Below, piece after piece: positions 1 through 12,366 of a stretch of DNA of 64,000 nucleotides (position 1 is its first letter; each line of letters opens with the position of its first letter). The position numbers and the translations under genes are program-made. A model generated the notes under the pieces. That model had not been told where the DNA came from, did no database searches, and was given only the letters and a program-made list of their open reading frames with translations. Source of the stretch: Macrostomum lignano (taxonomy: Eukaryota); assembly GCA_002269645.1 (NCBI GenBank), contig NIVC01000571.1, positions 469,212 to 533,211 of the forward strand, in the 5' to 3' direction.

Positions 1-2062
1 AATAAACCATGGCTCTAAAATGCTCACAAGAGAGTTCCATGGCTGCTGCGTGTTCCTAAGTGGGGGTACAAGAAAAAAATCCAAATAGCTCAAGGCAGCA
101 AACTTGTCTATAGCTAAAATTGGAGGTATAAATTTAAAACATATTTTTATGCCAATAAATAAAATATTTAAACCCTAAAACAAGCCATCTTGCTCTATCC
201 GGAAATTTTCAGAGCACCCTTTGCATTTACCCCTAATTATCTTAGCAAAAACTAATATCTATTTTAGTTAGAAAAACTTCTAAAGCAATGAAAAGTTAAG
301 TATCTTGCTCAAGCAGGGAAAATTTTTTTTTCAAGTTTTGTTATATTTTCTATTTTTGCTTATTTTTGTTATATTATAATAATAAGTAGAGCTAGGCTAG
401 GCTAGTATGATAAAAAAACTCAGTTTAGTCACCAGGTTATAATTTTCCTATTAAAGGTTTGTATAGGATATGATTATGATCAATAGGTTAACCTCAAACT
501 ACTCTTAGCAATATTTTGGTTTTTTATTCTAAATTCTACATTTTTTAGCTTTTAATCCTTCTATTTTATGGACTTGTCATACTTAGCTACAGCCTAATCT
601 AACTTTCGCATTCTTATATATGTTCCTATAAAAATGCTACATTTACACTAGTTAGCCCCAGCCTTTATTTTGCTTTTCCCTATTATCCACACTCTCTTAA
701 TGCTATACTATTTCCCCATACTCTTCATACATTGCAAGCCAGTGAGGCATTGACTGACTCACATTGTCATTAGGCCTAGTAGTAATTGTAATTCTATTAA
801 CATGTTGTAAGTGCACTTATAATATTTATTGTTATCTCTTATTAGGCCTACTGCTATAAGCCATCAAAATCATTTTAAAATGCTTAAAGAATCTAAATTT
901 AGAGCCGAAGTGAAGATAGATCAAGTCAAGATTGGATTCATCTTCAAATCCAAAGCCGAAGTTGACTGGTTCAATTGCAACTGTGATACATTTAGCTAGA
1001 CTAGAGAAAAAAACACAAAGGTAAAATTGCTAAAACTTTTCTGCTGACGAAATTTTAAATGGACAAGCGTTTGAATGGGCAAAAAGCCTGAGTGGGGCTG
1101 TCAAGCTAGCTAAACGATGACAATTGTTGTTTTTTGCCGCCTTTTGGTTTCTTAGAAAATGAGCCTGCATGACGCCGCATCAGTTTTAAACCCCAGCTAC
1201 TACTGTTAAACAAGTTTAACTGACCATTCTTAGGCTTTAGGAAGAACATAAAATTTTCTTACTTATTGCTTTAAGCTAGCATATTTTACTTTCCAATAAA
1301 ACTTTCTGTAGACATAACATAGTAAGAGCCGCTGCATTAAAATAATTAACAAATCCGGCATGAAAAACTTAAGCCTAGATGGCTGAGCTAAACTGTAGAA
1401 GGAATGCATTTACATACATATATACCCACATGGATTTGCATGGGCGTCTCTAGAACATTTTCGAAAATGGCTGACAATAGAGAGAAATAAAAAATAAAGG
1501 TAAATTAGGCGACCAAGGTTAGATTTGATTGACAACCGTTTGCATGGGTTATGGATGTCACGAAGAAAGAGTACAATCACGCTTTCTTTTAAACTTTTAA
1601 ATTTCTAGACCTTTCAACTTTTATATTTCGATTTGTGTGTGGTAGGACTACAGCAATGTTAAGACTGTCGGCAGAGCAGCAGTTGCATATCCACTCAGTC
1701 ACGGCCCGAGGGGGCATTTAAGGCCACGTCACTGTCAGGAACGTCTTATTCAGCTATGAATCAAGGACCACTGTGTAGCTATATACAGGCTCATTGCTAT
1801 GAACCCGCTAAAAAAAGAAAATTTTACAAAGAGATTTTTCGAGAGGAGTTTGATCACAAACTTTTCTTAGTTTTACATGTAACTTGCTGTCTCTTCTCTT
1901 CTTGTTTTAGGCTTTTAGCTAGCTGTCTCTTCAGATACAGCTCTCTTCTAGTATCTGAAAATTGTATTTTTAACACGCATGTGATTTTATTTAAACTTTT
2001 TTCCAAATAAATGAAAGGTCCCGTTAATGTATAGTTATAGTGTCCTACAATATTTCGAATAT

Positions 2063-3706
2063 TCAGGGTGAATATTTCAACTGTTCAGGGTTAAGTGTCT
2101 TGGTTGCCTCACAATGCAATTCTTTTTGCTTCACTCGCACGAGTTTCCCACTGGGTCGAACAGCCGGATGACCACCAGGCCGGCCGTGCTGGCCGGCGTT
2201 GCCGCCAGTGGTGCCGCTGCAGCCGCTGCCGGAGCAGAAGGAGCCGCCGCCGCCTCCTGGAGGGCCCACCGAGAAGCTGGTGGCGCCTCCGCTGAAGCCG
2301 CCGCCGGCCCCGGCAGCGCCCCAGTAGGGGTTCATCGTGCCGCCGCCTCCGCCGACGCCGAACCCGCCGTCGCCGGTGTTGGAGCCACCGGCGTCGCCGC
2401 CCAGCCAGCCCTCGGCCCAACTGCCGCCTCCGTCACCGTCGTCCGGTCCCCGCCTGGTGCACACCGGCTTCCCCAGCCAGCCGGCGCCGCAGCCAGCGAG
2501 GTTCTGGTTGCCGGTCATGGCGCTGGAGTCGTGGAAGCCCGGCTGTCCGTTGCTGCCGCCGTGGCTGTTTCCGCTCGGATTCGCGACGGAGCCGTTGACG
2601 CCGGCCTCTCCGGGCAGCCCTTTTGCAAATTTGGAATCAAACTATTTAATTCAGGATTTATGATCAAATTCAGCTTCCTATTTCAATTTGAATTTTCACT
2701 GATTTGTGCAGATCTCGATCTTGTGTGATTGATCATCATGATTTGTATCTGACAATCGAAATATACTAAATGCTTTACTATAATGCCGTACTCACCAGCT
2801 GAGCCGTAGGTCCCGGCACCGCCGCCTCCGGCTGCAGCCAGCAGCAGCTCGTCTGCCGTCCGGTACACGAAGCTGCCGCCGCCTCCGCCGCCACCTGCGT
2901 ACAAGCTACTGGGCGGACCGCCGGCCTGTCCGACCACGACGCTCAGCTGGGTGCCGGCCGTCAGGTTGAAGGCGCCGGACACGAAGGCGCCGCTGCCGCC
3001 AGCCTTGCCTGAGAAGGAGTTGGTGCCGCCTCTGGCGCCCGACACTTCGATCCGGTAGCAGCCGGTCGAGGGGATCGTCACGGACTGGATGGAGCCGGCC
3101 CTGCCCGTGCCGCTGTCTGCAGTGAGAGAGGGCGCTGCAGATCAGATGTCAAGGTGCAACAAATGCTCGAAGCGCAGAAAATTTGCAAACATTGGCTTTT
3201 CCTCACTTCTGAGCTCAATGGTGACGTTCAGCATCCTCTTCCTCATCAGCATCAGCTTCGTGAAGTTCTCGGCCGTCCACAGCCTGGCGCCGGGCTCGGA
3301 GCCCACGAGTCTCTGCACGTGAGTCCTGGCCGGTCCCGGCGCCTGAGACGCGTCGTTCAGCAGCAGCAGCTGGCAGACGCGCGAGCTGGGGATGAGCGAA
3401 GCCAGCAGGCAGCCCTTCCGCTGGCACGCTGCCAGACACTCCAGCCGGGTCTGGACGCCGGTCAGGTTGACGAGTTCGCTGCTGGAGGCGTTGCCGATCA
3501 GGACGGGCTCGAGGGCCAAGGTAAAACGGCCGGAACAGTCCGGACGCGAGCCTGTGAGAGTTCAATTGGGAAAGCATCGCATGCATAAGTGAAACCGACG
3601 CAAGGGTTTTAATCCAGCTCCAAGATGTACCTGACACAGCAGCGGAGCAGCAGCAAAGCACGAGGGCTATGTAGCAGATCGGCAGCATCTCCATCTGTCT
3701 CGGCAT
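2063..3706 (-). CDS. Secreted PAN/Apple-domain + ALK/LTK-like glycine-rich domain protein, 4 exons (3706-3631, 3551-3207, 3134-2796, 2619-2063; alternative stop at 2131 if a +1 frameshift near 2180 is an error)
   Basis: Signal peptide (MLPICYIALVLCCCSAAVSG). GT-AG introns, all phase 1, join the ORFs. Exon 2 has a PAN-like Cys pattern (TRLECLAACQRKGCLLASLIPSSRVCQLL). Exons 3-4 have the hallmark Gly-rich motifs [47 protein letters not shown] and GGGGGSF. No TM segment or kinase seen. Confidence 0.75.
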
Positions 3707-4304
3707 GCTCTCTGCTAATCGCGGGCTTATTCAAGCTTTGGTCTATCAAAAACTGTCAAATGTGTCTGTGAGTGCACGGCCGCGCCACTCGGGACTCAGA
3801 AATAGCGATAGAAATAGAGGCAGAAGTTTGACAATTTTGCACTGAGCTGTTTTTCCCCGTTGCCTGGAGACTGCCAACAGAATTTGAGGGGTTTAGCAGT
3901 CTTCTATTGGCTAAGCAGGGGGCGGCAGCATTCCGGTTTGAGATTCCTCATCGGCTCATCAGCCCACGCAGGAATTGTCAGGATTCCAATGCGAATACCT
4001 GAATGTGAGCACAAAGCAAGTAGGCTTAAGAAAAGTCTGTATGCGCAGTAAAGTGCACCCGGGCACCAATTGAAAGTTTGAAGCTCGCACCCGTCCAGCA
4101 AGCTGGGTTGGGCGATTTGATTACTTATTAGATCACAAGCAAGATTTCAGCAGATCCCACCACTGGAGCTCCTCACCCTGTCGTGTTGGCTAAGTAGACA
4201 AAAGCTTTTACAAGATTGCTTGAACCCCAAATAATTCTATCTGTTTAAACCAAAATGGCATCAGCCCCGAAAGCCTGAAATCCAAGCTAAGATATGAGCA
4301 TCCG

Positions 4305-5992
4305 CTTTGAGCATCAGCAACTTCCCCTTGAGCACTGGAATCTCAGAAACTTCCTTTGAGCACTGGAATCTCAGAAACTTCCCTTGAGCACTGGAATCTC
4401 AGAAACTTCCCTTGAGCACTGGAATCTCAGAAACTTCCCTTGAGCACTGGAATCTCAGCAACTTCCCCTTGAGCACTGGAATCTCAGAAACTTCCCTTGA
4501 CCACTGGAATCTCAGAAACTTCCCTTGAGCACTGGAATCTCAGAAACTTCCCTTGAGCACTGGAATCTCAGAAACTTCCCTTGAGCACTGGAATCTCAGA
4601 AACTTCCCTTGAGCACTGGAATCTCAGAAACTTCCCTTGAGCACTGGAATCTCAGAAACTTCCCTTTGAGCACTGGAATCTCAGCAACTTCCCCTTGAGC
4701 ACTGGAATCTCAGAAACTTCCCTTGAGCACTGGAATCTCAGAAACTTCCCTTGAGCACTGGAATCTCAGAAACTTCCCTTGAGCACTGGAATCTCAGAAA
4801 CTTCCCTTGAGCACTGGAATCTCAGAAACTTCCCTTGAGCACTGGAATCTCAGCAACTTCCCCTTGAGCACTGGAATCTCAGAAACTTCCCTTGAGCACT
4901 GGAATCTCAGAAACTTCCCTTGAGCACTGGAATCTCAGAAACTTCCCTTGAGCACTGGAATCTCAGAAACTTCCCTTGAGCACTGGAATCTCAGAAACTT
5001 CCCTTGACCACTGGAATCTCAGAAACTTCCCTTTGAGCACTGGAATCTCAGAAACTTCCCTTGAGCACTGGAATCTCAGAAACTTCCCTTGAGCACTGGA
5101 ATCTCAGAAACTTCCCTTGAGCACTGGAATCTCAGCAACTTCCCCTTGAGCACTGGAATCTCAGAAACTTCCCTTGAGCACTGGAATCTCAGAAACTTCC
5201 CTTGAGCACTGGAATCTCAGAAACTTCCCTTGAGCACTGGAATCTCAGAAACTTCCCTTGAGCACTGGAATCTCAGAAACTTCCCTTGAGCACTGGAATC
5301 TCAGAAACTTCCCTTGAGCACTGGAATCTCAGAAACTTCCCTTGAGCACTGGAATCTCAGAAACTTCCCTTGAGCACTGGCATCTCAGAAACTTCCCTTG
5401 AGCACTGGAATCTCAGAAACTTCCCTTGAGCACTGGAATCTCAGAAACTTCCCTTGAGCACTGGAATCTCAGAAACTTCCCTTGAGCACTGGAATCTCAG
5501 AAACTTCCCTTGAGCACTGGAATCTCAGAAACTTCCCTTGAGCACTGGAATCTCAGAAACTTCCCTTGAGCACTGGAATCTCAGAAACTTCCCTTGAGCA
5601 CTGGAATCTCAGAAACTTCCCTTGAGCACTGGCATCTCAGAAACTTCCCTTGAGCACTGGCATCTCAGAAACTTCCCTTGAGCACTGGAATCTCAGAAAC
5701 TTCCCTTGAGCACTGGCATCTCAGAAACTTCCCTTGAGCACTGGAATCTCAGAAACTTCCCTTGAGCACTGGAATCTCAGAAACTTCCCTTGAGCACTGG
5801 AATCTCAGAAACTTCCCTTGAGCACTGGAATCTCAGAAACTTCCCTTGAGCACTGGAATCTCAGAAACTTCCCTTGAGCACTGGAATCTCAGAAACTTCC
5901 CTTGAGCACTGGAATCTCAGAAACTTCCCTTGAGCACTGGAATCTCAGAAACTTCCCTTGAGCACTGGCATCTCAGCAACCCCCCTTGAGCC
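4305..5992. repeat. 28-bp minisatellite (AAACTTCCCTTGAGCACTGGAATCTCAG)n, about 60 copies
   Basis: Directly visible tandem array with a few variant units; it ends at a poly-C run near 5991-6002. Confidence 0.97.
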
Positions 5993-6904
5993 CCCCCCCC
6001 CCTGAGCGAAGACTTTTATGGGCGCGAATTTTCGGCGTACTGGATCGGACCGAATGAATGAAAGCGGTTTTCTTATTCTCCCCACTTTGACAAAGGCGGC
6101 GGGTATTGGCATTACGAAAGAGCGTCCCTAAAGTGGGCGCAGCCATATCAAATGTAAAATCTATAAGAAGTGGTTGTCTAATGTACGCTGTATATTAGAC
6201 ATATAACGCCGCACATTTGGCAGGTTGAATGAAACATGCCGTAAAATTTAACTCACTATACGGACTGAAAGAAAATAAGCACATACCATTGTACATTGTC
6301 TTATGATACAAAAACATACGGGTACAAATGTACGTTTGAATGTCCAGTTAGTCATTGTAAACTGTTTAACTGAGTCTAAAGCTGTCTTTGTGTACACAAA
6401 AGACAGAGCTGAGGCAGTGAGACATGTTTTCATGAGTTCAAGTTCCCTAGCTGCTTTTTCTCAGCTCTTAGTCTTTACTCGTGCAAAGGTCAAATACTTT
6501 TCCGAATGCCGTGCGGACACGCCTGCCGGCCATGTCAGCCCAATAAATATCTTCTCGACTGCTGCGACTTCAGCTGTGTGTCCAGTTGCGACAATTCCAA
6601 TCAGACAACATCGAAGGCGCGCTTCATCTGGATTCGGCAGCTCAGTTGCGCCAGCTGTCTGAGAGCGACTGGAAAATCAGAGCTGTTTCCCTGATTAAGT
6701 ACTCCGCTATTCCTGTCACCGACATCGAGCTGGTGCTGCCGAATAATAACAGTTCGACGAAGAGGACCTGCGGTAACTGGCAGATAAATTCGAAGTCTAA
6801 AGCACAGCGTGTCTGAAGGACAATTTCTGAAGGACATCAGGGGTTGGAAACATTTTTTATCTTAAGGCTAGATGAAGAATCCAGTTCAGGCCGTGCGCCA
6901 TGTG

Positions 6905-7115
6905 TGAGTGGAAAGGAGAGAGAATAGAAGCTGAGAGGCGAGAGATAATTGGGAGAAAATAAGGGGAGAGAAGAGGAGCGACGAGAGAAGGGAGAGAGGG
7001 AAGAGAAAAGAGGGGAGAGAGAAAAGTAAGAGGAGAGAGGAGGAAGAGGAGGGGAAGATGTTAGAGAGGGGAGAGAGAGAGGAGAGAGGATCGAGAGGAG
7101 AGGGGAGAGAAGTAT
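6905..7115. repeat. Polypurine (GA-rich) low-complexity tract
   Basis: About 200 bp almost exclusively G/A on the + strand. Confidence 0.8.
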
Positions 7116-7449
7116 GAGGGGGCTTCTGGGACAATTTTTTAACGTCCTCCATAATCCCATTAAATCCATCCATATTATCTCCGACAGAATCAGAAAAAAG
7201 GGGGGTCGCACTTACTCCGAAAACTTCAAACATAATCCCATTAAATCCATCCATATTATCCCTGACAGAATCAGAGCATAACAGGTGTCCTACATAATCC
7301 ACTGACATCCACCCATAGCATCTTCGAAACAATCAGAAAATAATCTGCATTCTTCTCCCCACATTCAATTCGCGAAACCAGATCCCAAAGACTTTAAATC
7401 ATCAGCGCAGGGTGCTCATCCTCCGAAAAAAATTTAATTCTCAATAAAA

Positions 7450-7689
7450 ATGCTTCCAATCGTCTCTCCAGGTTCTTATTACAAAGCCCCCGAGCCTAAT
7501 TACAAGAGTAAGTACCGATGCAAACTAGAATGCAGTGAGAACATGAGAAAATATTGGCCCGACGTTGATATCAATGTCCCTAATATTAATCTAGCTCTCC
7601 AAAGCCACTGGTTTCATAAGTATGGAGTAACCTACGTAACAGATTACGACAGCTACTATAACTTTGCAGAAATCATTAGGCAATTGTAA
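7450..7689 (+). CDS. Small intronless ORF (79 aa) of unknown function, convergent with the penton-like remnant
   Basis: ATG-initiated ORF with protein-like composition; no recognisable domain. Confidence 0.25.
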   Translation: MLPIVSPGSYYKAPEPNYKSKYRCKLECSENMRKYWPDVDINVPNINLALQSHWFHKYGVTYVTDYDSYYNFAEIIRQL

Positions 7690-9890
7690 TTTTTTTTCGC
7701 ACATTCTCTCAATGATCAACTTCAATACAAACTCTTCACCGTTGAAATCAACACCCACCCCATCTTCCTCTCTTTCGGTGCCTGTCCTGAAAGGGGGCCC
7801 CCAGGGCGGCGTTCTCACCCCCCGTTCTCTGGAACATGGTCATGGATGAGTTGCTTTGCAGTGATCTCCACGACCCCATTCTCAAGGTGGGCTATGCCGA
7901 TGATGTGACCGCGATATGCGCGGGCCCCTCGGTTGATACCATCAGAGACCTTCTGCAGGGCTTTCTGGGACGAGCGGAGCGTTGGGCAGACCAATGTGGC
8001 CTTAGACTCTCAGAGTCGAAAACCACAGCAGTCATGTTTACCAACAAACTGCTCTGGACCATTAAGCCCCTCACCCTCTATGGAAAGAATATTTCCATGG
8101 AGAAGCAGGTCCGCTGCCTGGGCCTCACTCTGGACCACAGGCTTAACTGGACTCCGCACATTCAAACTAAAGCCAAAAAAGCCCTGGCTGTACTGGCTCA
8201 GATCAGGCGCGCCGTGGGCACCACCTGGGGCTCACCCCAGGAAGCTGTGGTGGATTTACACTGCCATCATCCGCCCCTCGATCAGTTACGCCAGCCTCGT
8301 GTGGGCTAGCGGCCTGAGCGTCAAGAGCAACCTCGACGCTCTCCACAAAATCCAGGGCAGAGCCTGCCGCATGACTATGGGCGCTCCACCCTCTACTCCT
8401 TTTGAAGGCATGAATGCCTTCCTCTGTGCCCCTCCTTTGGATATTTATATCAAAGGAGAGGCGGCGAAGGGCACCCGGCGTCTTCTGGATGCTGGGGTGG
8501 CCTTCAAGAAAGTGCGGGCCTTTAAGAAGCGGTCGCTTATCCCGCACTCTGACCTCTGCCTCAAGGCTCTCGAGGAGTGTGGCGGGCTCAACATCCTCAC
8601 GGACTCGATCCCAGCCACCCTTCTCCTGAGCCAAAGGTATAAGGTCACCATTCAGCCTCGACACGAGGCGAGTGACAGCTGGAGCGACTCTGAAGTCCAC
8701 TGTTACACTGACGGCTCTATGAGGCATGGTCTTTCAGGCTTCGGAGCTTGCGTCTTCTTCAAGGGAGAAGTGGTGTGGAGCTACTCCCAGCACACTGGGC
8801 TCAACTCCAGTGTTTTTCAGAGCGAGGTGCTTGCCATCAGCTCCTGCGCGGCAGAGCTGCGCCGAAGGCAGCTTAGCGGCCGGAAATTTATTTTTCACTC
8901 TGACAGCCAAGCAGCCCTTCGGGCCCTCTGCCGCAGCACCGCCAGCTCCAGGTCCGTCCTGGACTGCAACACCCAGCTCAACGGGCTTGCGCTAGGCAAC
9001 CAGGTGGAGCTCAGATGGATCCCGGGCCACGCCGGCTTCCCCGGCAACGAGCGCGCTGACCTGCTGGCCAAGGCTGGCTCCGCCGGCGCGCTATTGGGGC
9101 CGGGCCCGGGTGCCCCCATCCCCGCCTCGGTGATCAATTCCCGCGTTAAGCGCTGGGCTGACTCCGAGCATCTCCGCAGGTGGCACGACACCCGGAATTG
9201 TAGGCAATCCCGTGCTGCCGTCCCCTGCCCCTCTCCTCTCCTGCGTAGAGCCCTCCTCAGGCTCAACCGCAGAGACCTCAGAGCAGTTAGCATGGCCCTC
9301 TCCGGGCATGGCTGCTTCTCTCGCCACCGCTTCCTTCAGGGCCAAGTACCCGAGGAGCGGTGCCCCTTCTGCCGCTCAGGCAGTGAAAACGCCGAGCATT
9401 TTATCTGCCACTGCCCGGTTTTCACCAGGGCCAGGCTCACTCACCTCGGGCCAAACCCGGTTCTCTCCGACGTTTGCAGGCCCGAGAGCATCCCGCTGCT
9501 CGCCCGGTACCTCAGGGACACCGGACGAGCTGATTTCTTCCCCACCGCCGGTGAGGAGGACCGCGCTGCAGGCGAGACCGACGGGTCCCCCTGAGCGACA
9601 CCACTTCAACGGAAGTCGTTGGTCGCCAGGGGCTAGCGGAATGGGCGGTCTCCTCCGCCTCCTCGCTGCATCCGCCGGACGCCCCCTGCAGCTAAGTCAA
9701 GTAAGTCAAGTCACCCCATCTTCAGTCTCAAACTGTAGCACAATCTCGTGAATCTCCTTATTAATTACTCAATACAACTCTTTTCACTGGATTTGGTTTC
9801 TCTACCAGCATTTGTCCTCCAGCTACAGAGTTTTTAGTAAAGACGTTTTCTAGAAAATCAAAACAGATTGAGGAAGTAAAACAGAAAGGA
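7690..9890 (-). pseudogene. Degraded AT-rich ORF interrupted by the LINE; the C-terminus resembles Polinton-like/NCLDV minor capsid (penton) proteins
   Basis: Removing the LINE and one TSD copy gives ...GGQMLVEKPNPVKRVVLSN/KEIHEIVLQFETEDGVGVDFNGEEFVLKLII, with one frameshift. The IxxIxLxFxxxxGxxVDFNGxxFxLxLxI pattern matches penton C-termini as I recall them; not searched. Confidence 0.4.
7768..9711 (+). mobile_element. 5'-truncated non-LTR retrotransposon (LOA/R1/I-group-like): RT C-terminal half, RNase H and CCHC finger
   Basis: GGPQGGVLTP, VGYADD, RNase H motifs (HCYTDGS, SEVLAI, HSDSQAAL, WIPGHAGFPGNERAD) and CPFC...EHFICHC. 3' tail TAAGTCAAGTAAGTCAAGT. Perfect 12-bp TSD CACCCCATCTTC at 7756-7767 and 9712-9723. 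Frameshifts in C/G runs near 7820 and 8230. Confidence 0.93.
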
Positions 9891-10098
9891 ATTTATGAGT
9901 TAAGAGAGAATTATTGAGAGCTCATTCTACAAATTGCAAAAATAGCAGTGAATTTGAAGAGAAGGAAGAGGATACTTTTCTTATAGCTTGCCTATTAATT
10001 TTATTATTAATTATTTAGAACTATATATTTATTAACTATTACAAGATTATAAAAAAATTGATAGAAAAAAACAGACACCATGTAGGCTCTCAGAATTG

Positions 10099-10392
10099 TC
10101 TAACGCGTTAGAATTTTTCAACAACATACTGAGCCAGCCTAGCTTTCCTGTGAGCCAGCAGCTAGATTCTCTAACGCTGTTAGAAATTTCTATGTGAACA
10201 TTCGGTGTGCCCAAGCTTATCTTGCGGGAAACTTTTCACATAGAAATTTCTAACAGCGTTAGAATTCCAAACCCCCCGATTGAGCTGTACGCAGCACTGA
10301 GAAAATTGCTACCCTCCCCTACTTAACCAATCGGCTGCCTACAGTTAGTAGTTGAATCTTCTCTTTGAATTCTAACGCGTTAGAAAAATTCT
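10099..10392. repeat. Cluster of four TCTAACGC(T)GTTAGA palindromes including a perfect 29-bp inverted repeat (10170-10198 / 10235-10263)
   Basis: TCTAACGCTGTTAGAAATTTCTATGTGAA and its exact reverse complement; further palindrome copies at about 10099 and 10371. Confidence 0.85.
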
Positions 10393-10412
10393 AAATGAAC
10401 TAAATTTTAAAA

Positions 10413-11015
10413 TTACACAGTTTTCCACGCAGGATCACGGGCTAAAATTTCTTCTAGAAACTTCATCTTAGAGTTTAATTCCCTAATTGGCATCGACACC
10501 TGTCTCAAGCCTGGGTAGGTAACAGACAGTTTGTACAGACGAATGTAAAAATAGCCAGTTGATTGTTGGATGTTTACCTTTTTACACAAATGGGCGGACC
10601 GCACTTTAACATCTTGTTCAAATTTCTTTTTCTCTTGTGTGCGATAAGTTGTAAGCAGCCGCCCAACTTCGAGAATCCAATATAGACCTTCAATTTGAGT
10701 CTTCTTGTACATTGCTAGAGCCGCCTTCACCCTAGTGATGATGTTCTGCTCGCCAGATGGAAGCTGGTGATCAACAGCATTCATCAGCTGATCAGTTAGT
10801 GTTACGCGGGATGCGTACAGCTTCTCCCTGAATTTCTGCAGATCCGCCATCTTCTTCTCTTCGCTACTCACATTCGCTGCGGCGATATCATCAGGGGCCA
10901 TGGCGAAAAACTCGATTGGTAGGTCGCCAGTTTCTAGACCGAAAAAGGTGGTTAGTTCCTCTCTTCTTCTTGCTTGTAGATGTGACGGAATATCCTGTAA
11001 AACTCTTTGTAGCAT
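10413..11015 (-). CDS. Intronless 200-aa ORF of unknown function, probably mobile-element or virus derived
   Basis: Clean ATG-to-stop ORF with helical, protein-like sequence (QSTGYFYIRLYKLSVTYPGL...). It lacks introns, unlike the host genes here. Confidence 0.5.
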   Translation of the reverse strand: MLQRVLQDIPSHLQARRREELTTFFGLETGDLPIEFFAMAPDDIAAANVSSEEKKMADLQKFREKLYASRVTLTDQLMNAVDHQLPSGEQNIITRVKAALAMYKKTQIEGLYWILEVGRLLTTYRTQEKKKFEQDVKVRSAHLCKKVNIQQSTGYFYIRLYKLSVTYPGLRQVSMPIRELNSKMKFLEEILARDPAWKTV

Positions 11016-11438
11016 GGCACAAAGGCCTTGCTTATCTGTCTAGGGAATACTCTATAGAGTACTCTGTAGAATACTCTGTAGAGTATTCCCTGGGCCGGGG
11101 TGCCCGGGCCAAGTCAGGCCATTCATTTTTGGCTGTGAAGGGACAAGAGAGGAACCGACTGAGTGTAAGACATGTTAGAAAAAACCATAGGCTTCCCTGG
11201 AAGAGTGAATGATAAGAAGATGGGGGGTGTAAGATAAGGAGGGAAGGAAGAAATGTGCATTTGGGAAAGAAGAAAAGGAACTGAGGAAGATTGCAGACAA
11301 AGACATTATGCACAATTGTACATTGTGCGGGACAAAAAGTTCTATGCACAGCCTACCAACTTTTGCCCTTCTCGGGTGTACGTTCTTTATACGGTCGTAT
11401 AAGTCTTCGCGAAGTTCCCAAGTTGCTCATTTTGTATT

Positions 11439-11836
11439 CGAAGAGCTTGCGTGCACGGCCGCCGTTCACGTAAGCTCAGAATTGCGTGCACGGCAGAGCT
11501 ATATCTTATAGGCTTATTATACAGTAAGTCATATACTATTTGAATTAATATTCAAGTTAACAAAAAAAACAATGAATTAAGATTACATTTGCAGTCCATG
11601 GTGTACGAGGGATAAAACATTATAAAACAATATAGTAAAAATATTTTTTAATTAGGTTTGCCAATGCCAATGCGTGGATTTAAGGGCCCCAGTCCCGGCC
11701 AATTGCCGGCTGCCGTGCACGCAATTACAACACTAGGTGTACGGCTGCATACATGCAAATAAAGCACTAGGTAGATAGCCGCCGTGCACGCAATTCTGAG
11801 CTTACGTGAACGGCTGCCGTGCACGCAAGCTCTTCG
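11439..11836. mobile_element. MITE with ~57-bp TIRs and 9-bp TSD (TTTTGTATT), MULE-like
   Basis: CGAAGAGCTTGCGTGCACGGC...CACGTAAGCTCAGAATTGCGTGCACGGC at the left and its near-perfect reverse complement at the right. TSD at 11430-11438 and 11837-11845. Confidence 0.85.
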
Positions 11837-12366
11837 TTTTGTATTTTGTATTTTGTCCCAAGTTGCTCACTTGCAAAGATAAATCATGGGTTACAAGTGC
11901 TGTGTGTTCGGCTGCAAATCAGGCTATTCGCCAGAAGGAACTGTGGGAATAAGCTACGAGTATTATGCTTTCCCAAAGCATCCTTTACTAAGACAGCAGT
12001 GGCTTCGTGCTATACCAACCGCCGACCTGAAGGCCACGTCTTCTCAGCGTGTCTGCTCGAAGCACTTCACGGAAGCTGACTTCGTCAGAGAATCAACCGA
12101 CCACCTAGACTCAGTGACCTGCTAGACAAGTTGGATTCGGCCAATATTCCATCCGGATTTGTAAGAAGTACCAACGCTGGATTAGCTTCCTTTTTCCTGA
12201 TCGACACATCCATCTCAGACTCCGCTCCACACCTCACAGCTTCACTGACTGTCTTTGAAGATCTCACGTATCAGGCATTTGTTTATGGCCTTCACTGTAC
12301 TAGCAGCATGCTTGGACATCTGTTTCCAAAGCAGCAGGACACCCTCCATCTGTTCTCCACTTTTGA

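Noticed and set aside
1-1750. AT-rich left end
   Set aside because: No ORF, repeat unit or RNA structure that I can support.
2109-2728. Plus-strand Ala/Pro/Arg-rich ORFs over the Gly-rich gene, and antisense ORFs over the ABCA exons and LINEs
   Set aside because: Shadow ORFs of GC-rich coding sequence on the opposite strand.
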